Source: Treponema sp. (lineage in GTDB: Bacteria > Spirochaetota > Spirochaetia > Treponematales > Breznakiellaceae). Taken from it: a stretch of DNA of 64,000 bases. The DNA is taken from assembly GCA_009782955.1 (NCBI GenBank), contig WRIB01000002.1, positions 1,441 through 65,440 of the forward strand. The letters run 5' to 3'. Positions 46,533-55,232 of the stretch are shown piece after piece (the first letter of the stretch is position 1; each line of letters opens with the position of its first letter). Position numbers and translations under genes: made by a program. The notes below the pieces were generated by a model, which did not search any database, was not told the origin of the DNA, and was given only the letters and a program-made list of their open reading frames with translations.

Positions 46533-47582
46533 TTATTTTCTGCCCTGAGAAAGGTGTCCCTGTAATGCTTTCAGGTATTCATTGTTGATCCTGGTTTCTG
46601 CCGCTCTTACGGCTATGTTTTGCGCTTCGGAAAGACTGGCATGCCCCTCCCTGTCGTTAATGTTGTATGGAAAAAGAACAATCCCTGTAGTTGTATCAAT
46701 TAAATTGGCATCTACCACATAGCGTATAAACTTGTAAGGATTATTCGGAAAGTCTAATTCGTTTAAAGAAAGGGTTGCCAAAAGGACATAACGTCCGCCG
46801 CTTCCGCCGGTAAGGAACCCGGCTTTGGCAAGTGTTGAAGAAAATGCCCCTCTAATACGGTTCTGTATATCGTTTTCCACATTTACGGCAATTGGTATGC
46901 TTCGTGCAATTTGGGTTGCTTCCAAACGATAGTCATTTCCGGTTTTAAGATTTATTCCAGCCATGGAACCGGGACTTATTACATTGCGTACATTGGCAAA
47001 TACCAGATTTGCATCTGCAAGGTTTGCAGCCTGGTAATAAAATAAAAACCCTTCAAAACTTTGCCTGTCAGCTGCACTTATATTGGTAAGTTTATTTATT
47101 GTTTCCAGGTTCTGCTGGATTAAGTCTGCGTAGATCATATTGGTTTTTGCTTTATCCATAGCGGCGGCTGCATACCATTCACCGTCCGGACTTTTCCAAA
47201 CATCTCTTATTTCCGCACCAATCAGGGTATCCATAGAAACCGATGTCTTAACCGCCTGTTCCAAATCTGACTTTTCCGACCAAACAAAACTGCTGGCCTG
47301 TATAGCCTGAGTATAGGTATAATCGGTTCTTGTTTCGCTGGAAATTGATTGGCCAAAGATAGATGTCAGGTTGGTAAGCGCCGATTTTTCTGCAGCATCC
47401 CGCGAATTACCGTAACCCACTGCTGCCATGTAAACAGCCCTGTTGTATATTTTATACGGATCTGAAACCCAATCCGGTTCTGCCGTGTTTTTTACAGAAG
47501 GACCGCTGTTACACGAAAGACAGAAAATTACCGCAAAAAGCATAACAGTACAATTTACCGAAAATGTTTTTATTTTAAACAT
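46533..47582 (-). CDS. Lipoprotein with an LPP20-like N-terminal module
   Basis: Lipobox FCLSC-NS. YMAAVGYGNSRDAAEKSALTNLTSIFGQSISS resembles the LPP20/FlgP pattern. Confidence 0.55.
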   Translation of the reverse strand: MFKIKTFSVNCTVMLFAVIFCLSCNSGPSVKNTAEPDWVSDPYKIYNRAVYMAAVGYGNSRDAAEKSALTNLTSIFGQSISSETRTDYTYTQAIQASSFVWSEKSDLEQAVKTSVSMDTLIGAEIRDVWKSPDGEWYAAAAMDKAKTNMIYADLIQQNLETINKLTNISAADRQSFEGFLFYYQAANLADANLVFANVRNVISPGSMAGINLKTGNDYRLEATQIARSIPIAVNVENDIQNRIRGAFSSTLAKAGFLTGGSGGRYVLLATLSLNELDFPNNPYKFIRYVVDANLIDTTTGIVLFPYNINDREGHASLSEAQNIAVRAAETRINNEYLKALQGHLSQGRK

Positions 47583-48931
47583 ACAACCTCCTTAAGATTC
47601 AGGACATTTGCATAAACTATTATATCCTCATAGCGTTGTTCTGTAATTACTTTCTTCCCATGTCCGTAGAAGGTAACGGTAAAAGAGTATGTGCCGGGGT
47701 TAAGGTTAATTGCTCCCACATATGCCCTGGCAGGGAAATACCGGGCAATGCGCAGATCTGCCTTTTCCCCGGCTTCTGCCAAAATCTGACTTCCGATTCC
47801 AAGTAAAGCAAAAAGACCCTTGTTATCATCAGATTGTCTTGCTGCTTCGTTAAAAATCGTAGCAGCAAGACCTTTACCTACAGCACGCATTATTGATTTG
47901 GTGTAGATAACATTTTTCTTTTGTGTAAATGTTGCTGTTACCACTGCGTCTATATTTTCCAGTAATTCAAGGGGAAAAGATTCTCCGGAATCAAGCACTA
48001 CTTCTATTGATTCAACCCGGGATGGACGCGAGGTCATTACCGGCAATGCAATTTTAATCCAGGCAGTTCCCAGGAATATTCTTGTTACTTCTTCTTTTTT
48101 TACCGGGGACAACCCTGTAAAGCCGATAATATTAAGCCGTGCCATTCCGCGTGGTATATTAAGTTCATCCTGAATGGATGACGGTATGGGGTTTGTATAA
48201 ATTTGAGGAGCATCGGCCATGGCAATACGGAGCTGGTTTTGATCGATGCGTGCATCGTCCATCATCCCCAAACCGCGGTAAAAAAGCATTCCCATATACC
48301 GGGCCAGTGCAGAATTGTTGAACTTAACAGTGGCTTCCGGGTTTGCAGGAATTTCGGCATTGTTTTCCAGGGCATACTTCTGCATATTGGTCATCATTTG
48401 GCCGTACTTAACCGAAAGATTCCGGAGCTTGTTGTTCATACGGCGGATTTCAACCATAGCTCCTTCCATGTTGGCCCCGTGGTAATAGTTAAGAGCATTG
48501 AATAAATTAAGGTATATATCCTCGTAATCTTCTCCGTCATATTCTCTTGTTGTATCGTTCAGAATAAAAGTTCCTATTTCCTGGCTGACACTGACGGCAA
48601 AGTTTTCTTCTATGGCCCTTTCTCCCCGTTGCAGCAAAGAAGACGATTCCTTGTAATCTCCGCTGTAGTGAGTCAACATCCCCTTGTCCAGAAAGTACAA
48701 TACCTGATCTTTTCCCCGGTATAAGGTTTTGCTTTTCCCTTCCAGAGTTTCAACACTTCCGTGAAAATCTTCTTGTTCTACCAGTCTATCTATGGGAATA
48801 TATGGATCTGTGGAAGCACAGGAAGACAATAGGGAAAAGAGTAAAACAGAAAACGCCGCGTAAAATAGGTTTTTTTTCATTACTGCCATATTAAAAATGG
48901 CAGTAACTTTCAGCGGCGTTTTTAAAAGCAT
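47570..48931 (-). CDS. Large lipoprotein, function unknown (possibly COG3014-like)
   Basis: Lipobox LLSSC-AS. An alternative start is MKKNLF at 48880. Overlaps the next gene by 13 nt. Confidence 0.55.
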   Translation of the reverse strand: MLLKTPLKVTAIFNMAVMKKNLFYAAFSVLLFSLLSSCASTDPYIPIDRLVEQEDFHGSVETLEGKSKTLYRGKDQVLYFLDKGMLTHYSGDYKESSSLLQRGERAIEENFAVSVSQEIGTFILNDTTREYDGEDYEDIYLNLFNALNYYHGANMEGAMVEIRRMNNKLRNLSVKYGQMMTNMQKYALENNAEIPANPEATVKFNNSALARYMGMLFYRGLGMMDDARIDQNQLRIAMADAPQIYTNPIPSSIQDELNIPRGMARLNIIGFTGLSPVKKEEVTRIFLGTAWIKIALPVMTSRPSRVESIEVVLDSGESFPLELLENIDAVVTATFTQKKNVIYTKSIMRAVGKGLAATIFNEAARQSDDNKGLFALLGIGSQILAEAGEKADLRIARYFPARAYVGAINLNPGTYSFTVTFYGHGKKVITEQRYEDIIVYANVLNLKEVVCLK

Positions 48932-48942
48932 AAAGGATACCC

Positions 48943-49545
48943 TTAGGGTTTAACTGAAGGCCTTCTGATAACCTTTTTTATATCGTTGTATTCACCCATC
49001 CACAGCCGCCTGTTTGTGGCTATATCGGTAAGTTCCGCTGTAATAAAATAACTGCGTGTCGCTGTTTTGTCATAACTGTCTACAATGGTTTTTACCGAAC
49101 CGGTCATCATAAAATCGGCTCCTGTTTCGCGGCCAATCCTGGCCATTGTTGCGTCATCGGTATAGCCCTGCTGTTGATCCATGCGTTCGGCGCGGATATC
49201 GTCACGCAGATTCCCGGAGGCGACAAATTCAGCTTTACCGCTGGCAAGGATCGATGCCTCCAGACGCTGGGAGAGGATTGAAGTATCAATATGCTCATCG
49301 CTGCTATTTATGAATCTTCCAACGATGATAACCGGGAGCCTTCTTTCGGTTGTATAAAACGCAGACAAGCGCGGTGCGGCAAGGCAGTCCTTGATAAGGT
49401 TATCGCTTGCCTTACGCAGATCGGTATCGTTCCAGTAACCGCTTAAATCTATTTGTTTATCAGCATCAACACGTTGTACCGAATGACCGCATCCAAAGAG
49501 CAAAAAAACCATGGTTAGACACAGCATAAAAAATGCTTTTTTCAT
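48943..49545 (-). CDS. LpoB-like (COG3417) lipoprotein
   Basis: Lipobox LLFGC-GH. VQRVDADKQIDLSGYWNDTDLRKASDNLIKDCL and MMTGSV...YFITAELTDI match my recollection of LpoB/YcfM-family proteins. Confidence 0.6.
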   Translation of the reverse strand: MKKAFFMLCLTMVFLLFGCGHSVQRVDADKQIDLSGYWNDTDLRKASDNLIKDCLAAPRLSAFYTTERRLPVIIVGRFINSSDEHIDTSILSQRLEASILASGKAEFVASGNLRDDIRAERMDQQQGYTDDATMARIGRETGADFMMTGSVKTIVDSYDKTATRSYFITAELTDIATNRRLWMGEYNDIKKVIRRPSVKP

Positions 49546-49569
49546 AGATACTCCTTTCCTTAATTAAAA

Positions 49570-49605
49570 CTGTTCCAAAAGCGGGTAAGGCCGTCTTTGG
49601 AACAG
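49570..49605. repeat. Intercistronic hairpin of the GTTCCAAA family
   Basis: CTGTTCCAAA (49570-49579) pairs with TTTGGAACAG (49596-49605). Lies between the first two genes of the lipoprotein operon. Confidence 0.6.
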
Positions 49606-49617
49606 CTTATTTACCTT

Positions 49618-50211
49618 TTACCTGCCTGGTTCGTTCATTTGAGCTTCCAGAAGCTTAAAGGCTTCCTGCGCTTTAAAATCAGCAAAAGCAGCCGCTTGTG
49701 TACGCTGGAAGTCTCCAATGCTGACTTCAAAATCATTTTTTAAATTTGCTTTTGGATAGGAAAAAAGACCGTGGTAAATTCCATCCTGATCAATCCAGTA
49801 TTCTTCCAGATTAAAACCCACTATATTGGCTTTGGATTTGGTAATGGTAGTTTGCTGAAAATTGATCAAAGTCTGGGTATTACCGGGAACTCCTGATTCC
49901 TCAATATAGTTCTTCATGGTATCCATAACTACCGCTTCTTTCCACTGAGCCAGTTTGGACAATCCATCAGTCCGGGCTGTACTCTGTTGTGCAGCTTTGG
50001 TCATTCCCACACGGCCGTCTCCAATAACATAATGCAAATCGTTTGATACAGGGGGCCTATTCATCCAGCTTGGCCGGGGAACTCCTTCTGCTCCCATAAT
50101 CCTGGATCGCGGATCTTCTTCAGCAACAGGTTCTGGTTTTGACGTGCAACCTAAAAAGATAAAAGCCGTAAGGATTAAAAGGCCTAGAGTGATAATTGTC
50201 GATTTTTTCAT
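49618..50211 (-). CDS. LPP20-like lipoprotein
   Basis: Lipobox FLGC-TS. YVIGDGRVGMTKAAQQSTARTDGLSKLAQWKEAVV. GAGGAG SD sequence supports the MKKSTI start at 50211 (the track ORF starts at 50226). Confidence 0.6.
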   Translation of the reverse strand: MKKSTIITLGLLILTAFIFLGCTSKPEPVAEEDPRSRIMGAEGVPRPSWMNRPPVSNDLHYVIGDGRVGMTKAAQQSTARTDGLSKLAQWKEAVVMDTMKNYIEESGVPGNTQTLINFQQTTITKSKANIVGFNLEEYWIDQDGIYHGLFSYPKANLKNDFEVSIGDFQRTQAAAFADFKAQEAFKLLEAQMNEPGR

Positions 50212-50484
50212 TTCTGTTCTCCTCATTACATAGTTGAGCTTGTTCCAAAACCCGTTAATTTTGAAACAGCCCGGATTCTTTTCTACCGGTTACTCCGTCT
50301 GATCCTGTACATGGATGCAGACGAAAATACCCCTCCGGTTATTGTAATTAATCCGGAGGTTATTGTCAATGAATGACAATATGACAGATATTTACCCGAA
50401 TTAAAACCATTTTCTGATAAAGAAAGTTACATAAGGTCTGTACCATACTTCACAGCCTAAATGCCCCGGTATATACTGGTTTTT

Positions 50485-51873
50485 ATGAAGGTTTTGGTGA
50501 TTGGTGGAGGAGGCAGGGAACATGCTCTTGCCTGGAAGCTTGCCCAATCGGAAAAAATAGAAAAGATCTATGCCGCTCCGGGCAACGGGGGAACTGCCGG
50601 AATGAAAAATTGCGAAAATGTTGATTTATTTGGCAGAGATCCGATGGAAGAAGAAATCCAGGAAGCGTTAATACGATATGTAATTAAAGAAAATATCGAT
50701 CTGAGCATTGTAGGTCCTGAAGCGCCTCTTGCTGGAGGTATTGCCGATCGTTTCCGTGCAGCGGGACTTGCCGTTGTAGGACCCGGTACAGCGGCTTCCC
50801 GGTTGGAAGCAAGCAAGAGTTATGCAAAAGATTTTATGAATAAATATGGAGTCCGTACAGCCCGTTCCATTGTTTGTACCGATCCTGAAAATGCACTATC
50901 TGTACTGCGGGATCATTTTGGACAGCAAAAAGATACCGAAGAGCCTGTTCCATTGGTAATTAAGGCTGACGGTCTGGCGGCAGGCAAGGGAGTGGTAATC
51001 GCTGCGGATTTAAAAACTGCGGAAATGGCAGTTACTGCTTTTATGAAAGAAAATGCTTTAGGTACAGCCGGAAAAATTCTTGTTTTGGAAGAGTTTCTTC
51101 AAGGGCCGGAGGTTTCTGTTCTTGCGGCAGTAAGCATAAAAGACGGTAAAGGAATAATACTTCCCTTTGCTTCGGCGCGTGATCACAAACGCCGTTTTGA
51201 CGATGATCAGGGACCCAATACAGGGGGCATGGGAGCCATTGCTCCGGTTCCCGATTTTACCGTAGAAATGCAGGAAGATTTTAAAACGGCTATTCTTGAA
51301 CCTACCAGTACAGGTATATGTGAAGAAGGTTTTGATTACAGGGGATTTATCTTTTTTGGTCTTTTGATACAAAACGGTCAATGTTATTTATTGGAATACA
51401 ATGTACGGCTTGGCGATCCTGAAACACAGGCAGTGCTGCCGCTTTTGGACTCTGACTTCGCCGGGCTTTGTAAAGCAATTGATAACGGGACTCTGGAAGA
51501 CTTCCGCCTTTCCTGGAAAAACGGCGCTGTATGCGCTCCTGTAGCTGTCGCATCAGGGTATCCCGGTTCTTACCGCAAAGGTGATCCAATTGCCTTTAAT
51601 GAAGTATCATTTGCCAAATCCGGGGCTGTGCTTTTTGCAGCCGGAGCCATACGCAGCCCGGGAGGCTTTGCAGGTTCCGGATTACGTACTGCAGGCGGAC
51701 GTGTGCTTTCTGTGTCGGCGTATGGAGCGAATGGATACGATGCCCGTGAAAGGGCTTACAAAGCTCTAAAGGCAGTGTATTTTGAAGGCATGGATTATCG
51801 CAGGGATATAGGCGGTAAAGCGGAAAGTACTGCCGGTCCGTTTAACATTACAGAATCGCAAAGGTCACAATAA
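50485..51873 (+). CDS. purD: Phosphoribosylamine-glycine ligase
   Basis: MKVLVIGGGGREHALAWKL, ATP-grasp blocks, EYNVRLGDPETQ. ATG 50485 is preferred over the track start at 50461. Confidence 0.93.
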   Translation: MKVLVIGGGGREHALAWKLAQSEKIEKIYAAPGNGGTAGMKNCENVDLFGRDPMEEEIQEALIRYVIKENIDLSIVGPEAPLAGGIADRFRAAGLAVVGPGTAASRLEASKSYAKDFMNKYGVRTARSIVCTDPENALSVLRDHFGQQKDTEEPVPLVIKADGLAAGKGVVIAADLKTAEMAVTAFMKENALGTAGKILVLEEFLQGPEVSVLAAVSIKDGKGIILPFASARDHKRRFDDDQGPNTGGMGAIAPVPDFTVEMQEDFKTAILEPTSTGICEEGFDYRGFIFFGLLIQNGQCYLLEYNVRLGDPETQAVLPLLDSDFAGLCKAIDNGTLEDFRLSWKNGAVCAPVAVASGYPGSYRKGDPIAFNEVSFAKSGAVLFAAGAIRSPGGFAGSGLRTAGGRVLSVSAYGANGYDARERAYKALKAVYFEGMDYRRDIGGKAESTAGPFNITESQRSQ

Positions 51874-51877
51874 TATT

Positions 51878-53212
51878 ATGGAAAATGATCCGCTGCTTTG
51901 GCAGCTTCTTCTCCAACTTGTATTAATTGCTGTTAATGCAATTTTTTCCTGTGCAGAAATTGCCGTTATTTCATTCAGCACTGTTAAGCTGGATAAGCTC
52001 TCTGAAGAAGGAAACCGCAAAGCGCAGCAGCTTCTTGCATTAACCAATAGTCCCGCCAAATTCCTTGCCACGGTCCAGGTGGGAATGACTCTGGCCGGTT
52101 TTCTGGCAAGCGCTTTTGCAGCCGAAAACTTTTCCGGCAGGCTTACCGCCGCCATGATTAATGCGGGGATAACGATTCACGCTGATCTTGTAAGAACAAT
52201 TTCACTTGTGCTAATTACCATAGTTCTTTCGTTTTTTACCCTGGTATTGGGCGAGTTGGTTCCCAGGCGTATCGCTCTTCACAAGGCGGAACAGATTGCT
52301 TTGGCTCTCTCTTCATTCATTGTTGTTATTTCAAAAATCTTTGCCCCGATTGTGTGGCTTTTAACAAAATTTACCAATGGTATACTTCGTATTTTCAGGA
52401 TAGATCCGGAACAGGACAAGAAAGCTGTTACCGAAGAAGAGATACGCCTTCTTGTCGATGCGGGGAGCGAGCGCGGATCCATTGCAGCCAGTGAACAGGA
52501 AATTATCCATAATGTGTTTGAATTCAACGACAAGACAATAGAAACAATAATGACTCACCGCAAAGATACAGCGCTTCTGTGGCTTGAAGACGATGATGAA
52601 GCCTGGGAAAAAATAATCCTGGAAACAAGGCACAGTTATTATCCGGTTTGCGGAGATGGCGTTGACGATATTCGGGGAGTTATAAGCGCAAAGGATTATC
52701 TGGCGCTTAAAGACCGTAACCGTGAACTGGTCATGGAAAAGGCTCTGCGTACGGCATGGTTTGTGCTCAGCAGTGTGGGAACCCATGTACTTTTCAGACA
52801 GATGAAAACACGCCGCAGCCATTTTGCTCTGGCTCTGGATGAATACGGCAGTTTTGACGGAATAATTACCATGTACGATCTGCTGGAAACATTGGTAGGG
52901 GATCTTGGTGATGAAGACGAAGAGGTAAAACTCCCGCCAATCGAAGAGATGGGACCGGAACTATGGCGTATCAGCGGCATGGCAAGCCTTTCCATGGCAG
53001 AAAAAGAAACGGGTATTTCCTTTGACGAAGATATTGTTAAAAACTGCGATACATTCGGCGGTTTTGTTTTTACCCTCCTTGGCCGTCTTCCCGACGAGGG
53101 CGAACAATGTGAACTGGTGTATCCTGACGAAGGGGAGAGAAGACTCCACATTACCGTTACTGAAGTTAAGGAACATCAGTTAAAATCGGCCATGGTTCGG
53201 CTGTTGCATTAG
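51878..53212 (+). CDS. CNNM (DUF21)-CBS-CorC_HlyC family hemolysin-like membrane protein
   Basis: N-terminal 4-TM DUF21 (AEIAVIS, LGELVPRRIA), a CBS pair and a CorC C-terminal domain. Confidence 0.88.
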   Translation: MENDPLLWQLLLQLVLIAVNAIFSCAEIAVISFSTVKLDKLSEEGNRKAQQLLALTNSPAKFLATVQVGMTLAGFLASAFAAENFSGRLTAAMINAGITIHADLVRTISLVLITIVLSFFTLVLGELVPRRIALHKAEQIALALSSFIVVISKIFAPIVWLLTKFTNGILRIFRIDPEQDKKAVTEEEIRLLVDAGSERGSIAASEQEIIHNVFEFNDKTIETIMTHRKDTALLWLEDDDEAWEKIILETRHSYYPVCGDGVDDIRGVISAKDYLALKDRNRELVMEKALRTAWFVLSSVGTHVLFRQMKTRRSHFALALDEYGSFDGIITMYDLLETLVGDLGDEDEEVKLPPIEEMGPELWRISGMASLSMAEKETGISFDEDIVKNCDTFGGFVFTLLGRLPDEGEQCELVYPDEGERRLHITVTEVKEHQLKSAMVRLLH

Positions 53213-53244
53213 AAGTTTGCCGGGTTCCTTTTAGAGCTGCTGTG

Positions 53245-53712
53245 TTATGAATTTTCCGTAATGATTGTAATACTAATTCCCTGGTTTTGAGTTTTTTCCG
53301 GTTTGGGGGGAATAGTTACTTTTAATATTCCGTTTTTATATACAGCCTGTACTTTTTCGTGGACGTACTTATCCATCGGTACATAGTATTTTTGGTTTTC
53401 AATATCTTTAAGTTTTAACCGCCGTTTAAGATAATGAACATTTGCCGGATTGCCGCTTTCTGCATCTTCCATGCGGGCGGAAAAGATCATATAATCCCCG
53501 GAAAAAGACAGACTTATGTTCTTTTCATCAAAACCAGCCAGGGCAAATTCAAAGTTCAGGATTTTATCTTCGGTAAGGAAAATATTCATGGGCGGGTAGG
53601 AAAAACCAGGATAACAGTCGGTAATTTCAAATTCATTGTAGAATTGGTTTGCAGCATTAAAGAGTTCGTCAAAAACAGTTCCCAAATCTAAAAAAGGATG
53701 AGTTGTTTTCAT
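53245..53712 (-). CDS. Hsp20/alpha-crystallin small heat-shock protein
   Basis: 155 aa. ALAGFDEKNISLSF.GD.... and the C-terminal NGILKVTIP motif. Confidence 0.85.
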   Translation of the reverse strand: MKTTHPFLDLGTVFDELFNAANQFYNEFEITDCYPGFSYPPMNIFLTEDKILNFEFALAGFDEKNISLSFSGDYMIFSARMEDAESGNPANVHYLKRRLKLKDIENQKYYVPMDKYVHEKVQAVYKNGILKVTIPPKPEKTQNQGISITIITENS

Positions 53713-53771
53713 AATACATATAATATAACGTATTTTGGTAAAAAATCAAATTATTCGGAATGTCCCGGGCG

Positions 53772-54614
53772 TTACCCCATTTCCTGAGCCTTCTTCCAGG
53801 CGGCCTCCACGGCGGAAATTACCGTACCCCGGAAAGCGTTTCGTTCCAAAGCAGCTATACCCTGAATCGTTGTACCGCCGGGAGATGTAACCATGTCTTT
53901 TAGTTCCCCGGGATGTTTTCCTGTTTGCAGTACCATAGCAGCAGAGCCCAATACTGTCTGTGCGGCATAAAAAAGCGCTTTATCCCTTGGCAGCCCTGCC
54001 AACACTCCGCCATCTGCCATGGCTTCTATAAATTCATACACAAAAGCGGGACCAGATCCGGAAACACCGGTTACCGCATCCATATATTTTTCATCAACAC
54101 GGTCGATTTTTCCCGCCCCTCCCAAAATTTTTTTTAAATCAACAAGTTTGCCTGAAGGGAATTTTGGCGTAGTACAATAAACGATCATCCCCTGTGAAAT
54201 AAGGGCAGGTGTATTGGGCATAATTCTTGCCATTAACACCGAAGCATGCGGTACCATACCTGCAGGAATATCCATCCCCGAACCGCTCAGTATCGCCTGT
54301 ATTTTACTTATGGACCAGCCCGCCGCCATGGATACGATTACTGCCGGGTTACCGGAAGCAATCCGTTCACGGATTACCGGGGCAATTTCCGATAACACTG
54401 AAGGAAGTACCTGGGGTTTAACTGCCAAAAAAACAAAATCCCCCTTTGAGGCAGCTTCCGTATTGGTGGCAAAGACCAAAGCTCCCACTTTATTGGCAGT
54501 TTCTTTTGCTTTTGTCTTGTCTGCATCTGCAAAACCGATCTGTAATTTACCCGGAACACCCTTCATTAGAGCTGTCCCCATATTGCCGGCGCCTATACAT
54601 GCAATTATTTTCAT
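53772..54614 (-). CDS. proC: Pyrroline-5-carboxylate reductase
   Basis: IGAGNMG Rossmann motif, VKPQ, MPNTPA, and the C-terminal SPGGTTI.G...LE block. Confidence 0.92.
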   Translation of the reverse strand: MKIIACIGAGNMGTALMKGVPGKLQIGFADADKTKAKETANKVGALVFATNTEAASKGDFVFLAVKPQVLPSVLSEIAPVIRERIASGNPAVIVSMAAGWSISKIQAILSGSGMDIPAGMVPHASVLMARIMPNTPALISQGMIVYCTTPKFPSGKLVDLKKILGGAGKIDRVDEKYMDAVTGVSGSGPAFVYEFIEAMADGGVLAGLPRDKALFYAAQTVLGSAAMVLQTGKHPGELKDMVTSPGGTTIQGIAALERNAFRGTVISAVEAAWKKAQEMG

Positions 54615-54772
54615 AACAAGGAGAAGTATAAAATGAAGCGATAAGAGCGTCTACACGGAATATTCCTATTACCAGCCGATCTGTTTTGGCGGTGAATTCC
54701 AGTTTTAATGTAGATAATGTGAATGCAAGATGCTCAGCGGTAAATTGGGGTCTTCATCCGTAAAGCAAAACC

Positions 54773-54799
54773 TTAACTTGATAAACCGTATACCGATAA
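54773..54799 (+). promoter_or_regulatory. Sigma28 (FliA)-type promoter candidate
   Basis: TTAACTTG-N11-ACCGATAA versus the enterobacterial consensus TAAAGTTT-N11-GCCGATAA (5/8 and 7/8 matches). Followed by a GAGGA SD sequence and ATG 54818. Confidence 0.55.
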
Positions 54800-54817
54800 T
54801 AAAATGAGGATAATGTG

Positions 54818-55198
54818 ATGAGAATATCGGGTGTTACAGCGTTTCCAAACTTTGGGTATGCCTTTTCAAGCTCCAGTTCGGGCAGGATGTCCCTTCCTGT
54901 TAATCCGGGCAGCTATATTTACTCACAATTTAAGCATGTCGGCGGCGTTCCTGCTCCGGAAGGAACCAGGGGAGTAGCTGTTACCAAGCTAAAAATCCTC
55001 GATGTACTGATTGAACAGCTGCACCAGATAAAAAAACAGCCCGAACTCAATTCAAAAGACCTTTCCAATGAGCAAATTGATGCGCTGATCAGCAAATATG
55101 AAGGACAAATCAAGGCTGCCACGGCTGCCAACAATGTTATGCCCTATACTCCCGCTCCCCATGTTCCTGCAGGTATACTTTTCGACATTTCTGCATAA
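54818..55198 (+). CDS. Small hypothetical protein (127 aa) downstream of the sigma28-like promoter
   Basis: GAGGA 7 nt upstream of the ATG. The N-terminal part is low-complexity and the C-terminal part helical (QIDALISKYEGQIKAA). No family recognised. Confidence 0.55.
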   Translation: MRISGVTAFPNFGYAFSSSSSGRMSLPVNPGSYIYSQFKHVGGVPAPEGTRGVAVTKLKILDVLIEQLHQIKKQPELNSKDLSNEQIDALISKYEGQIKAATAANNVMPYTPAPHVPAGILFDISA

Positions 55199-55232
55199 AT
55201 CAAGTTGTGCAACTCCTGACTAAATCACACTT

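Noticed and set aside
50227-50484. A purine riboswitch upstream of purD
   Set aside because: The leader contains UUUCUACCGG, identical to the J2/3-P3 junction of guanine/adenine riboswitches, and a 7-nt loop containing CCGU. However, I could not build P1 or a P2 with the UAUGG-type loop, and the putative P3 needs two wobbles. The upstream hairpin belongs to the GTTCCAAAA repeat family. A TATACT-N7-ATG promoter also suggests that purD is transcribed from just upstream. A cmsearch with RF00167 and the ZTP model would settle it.
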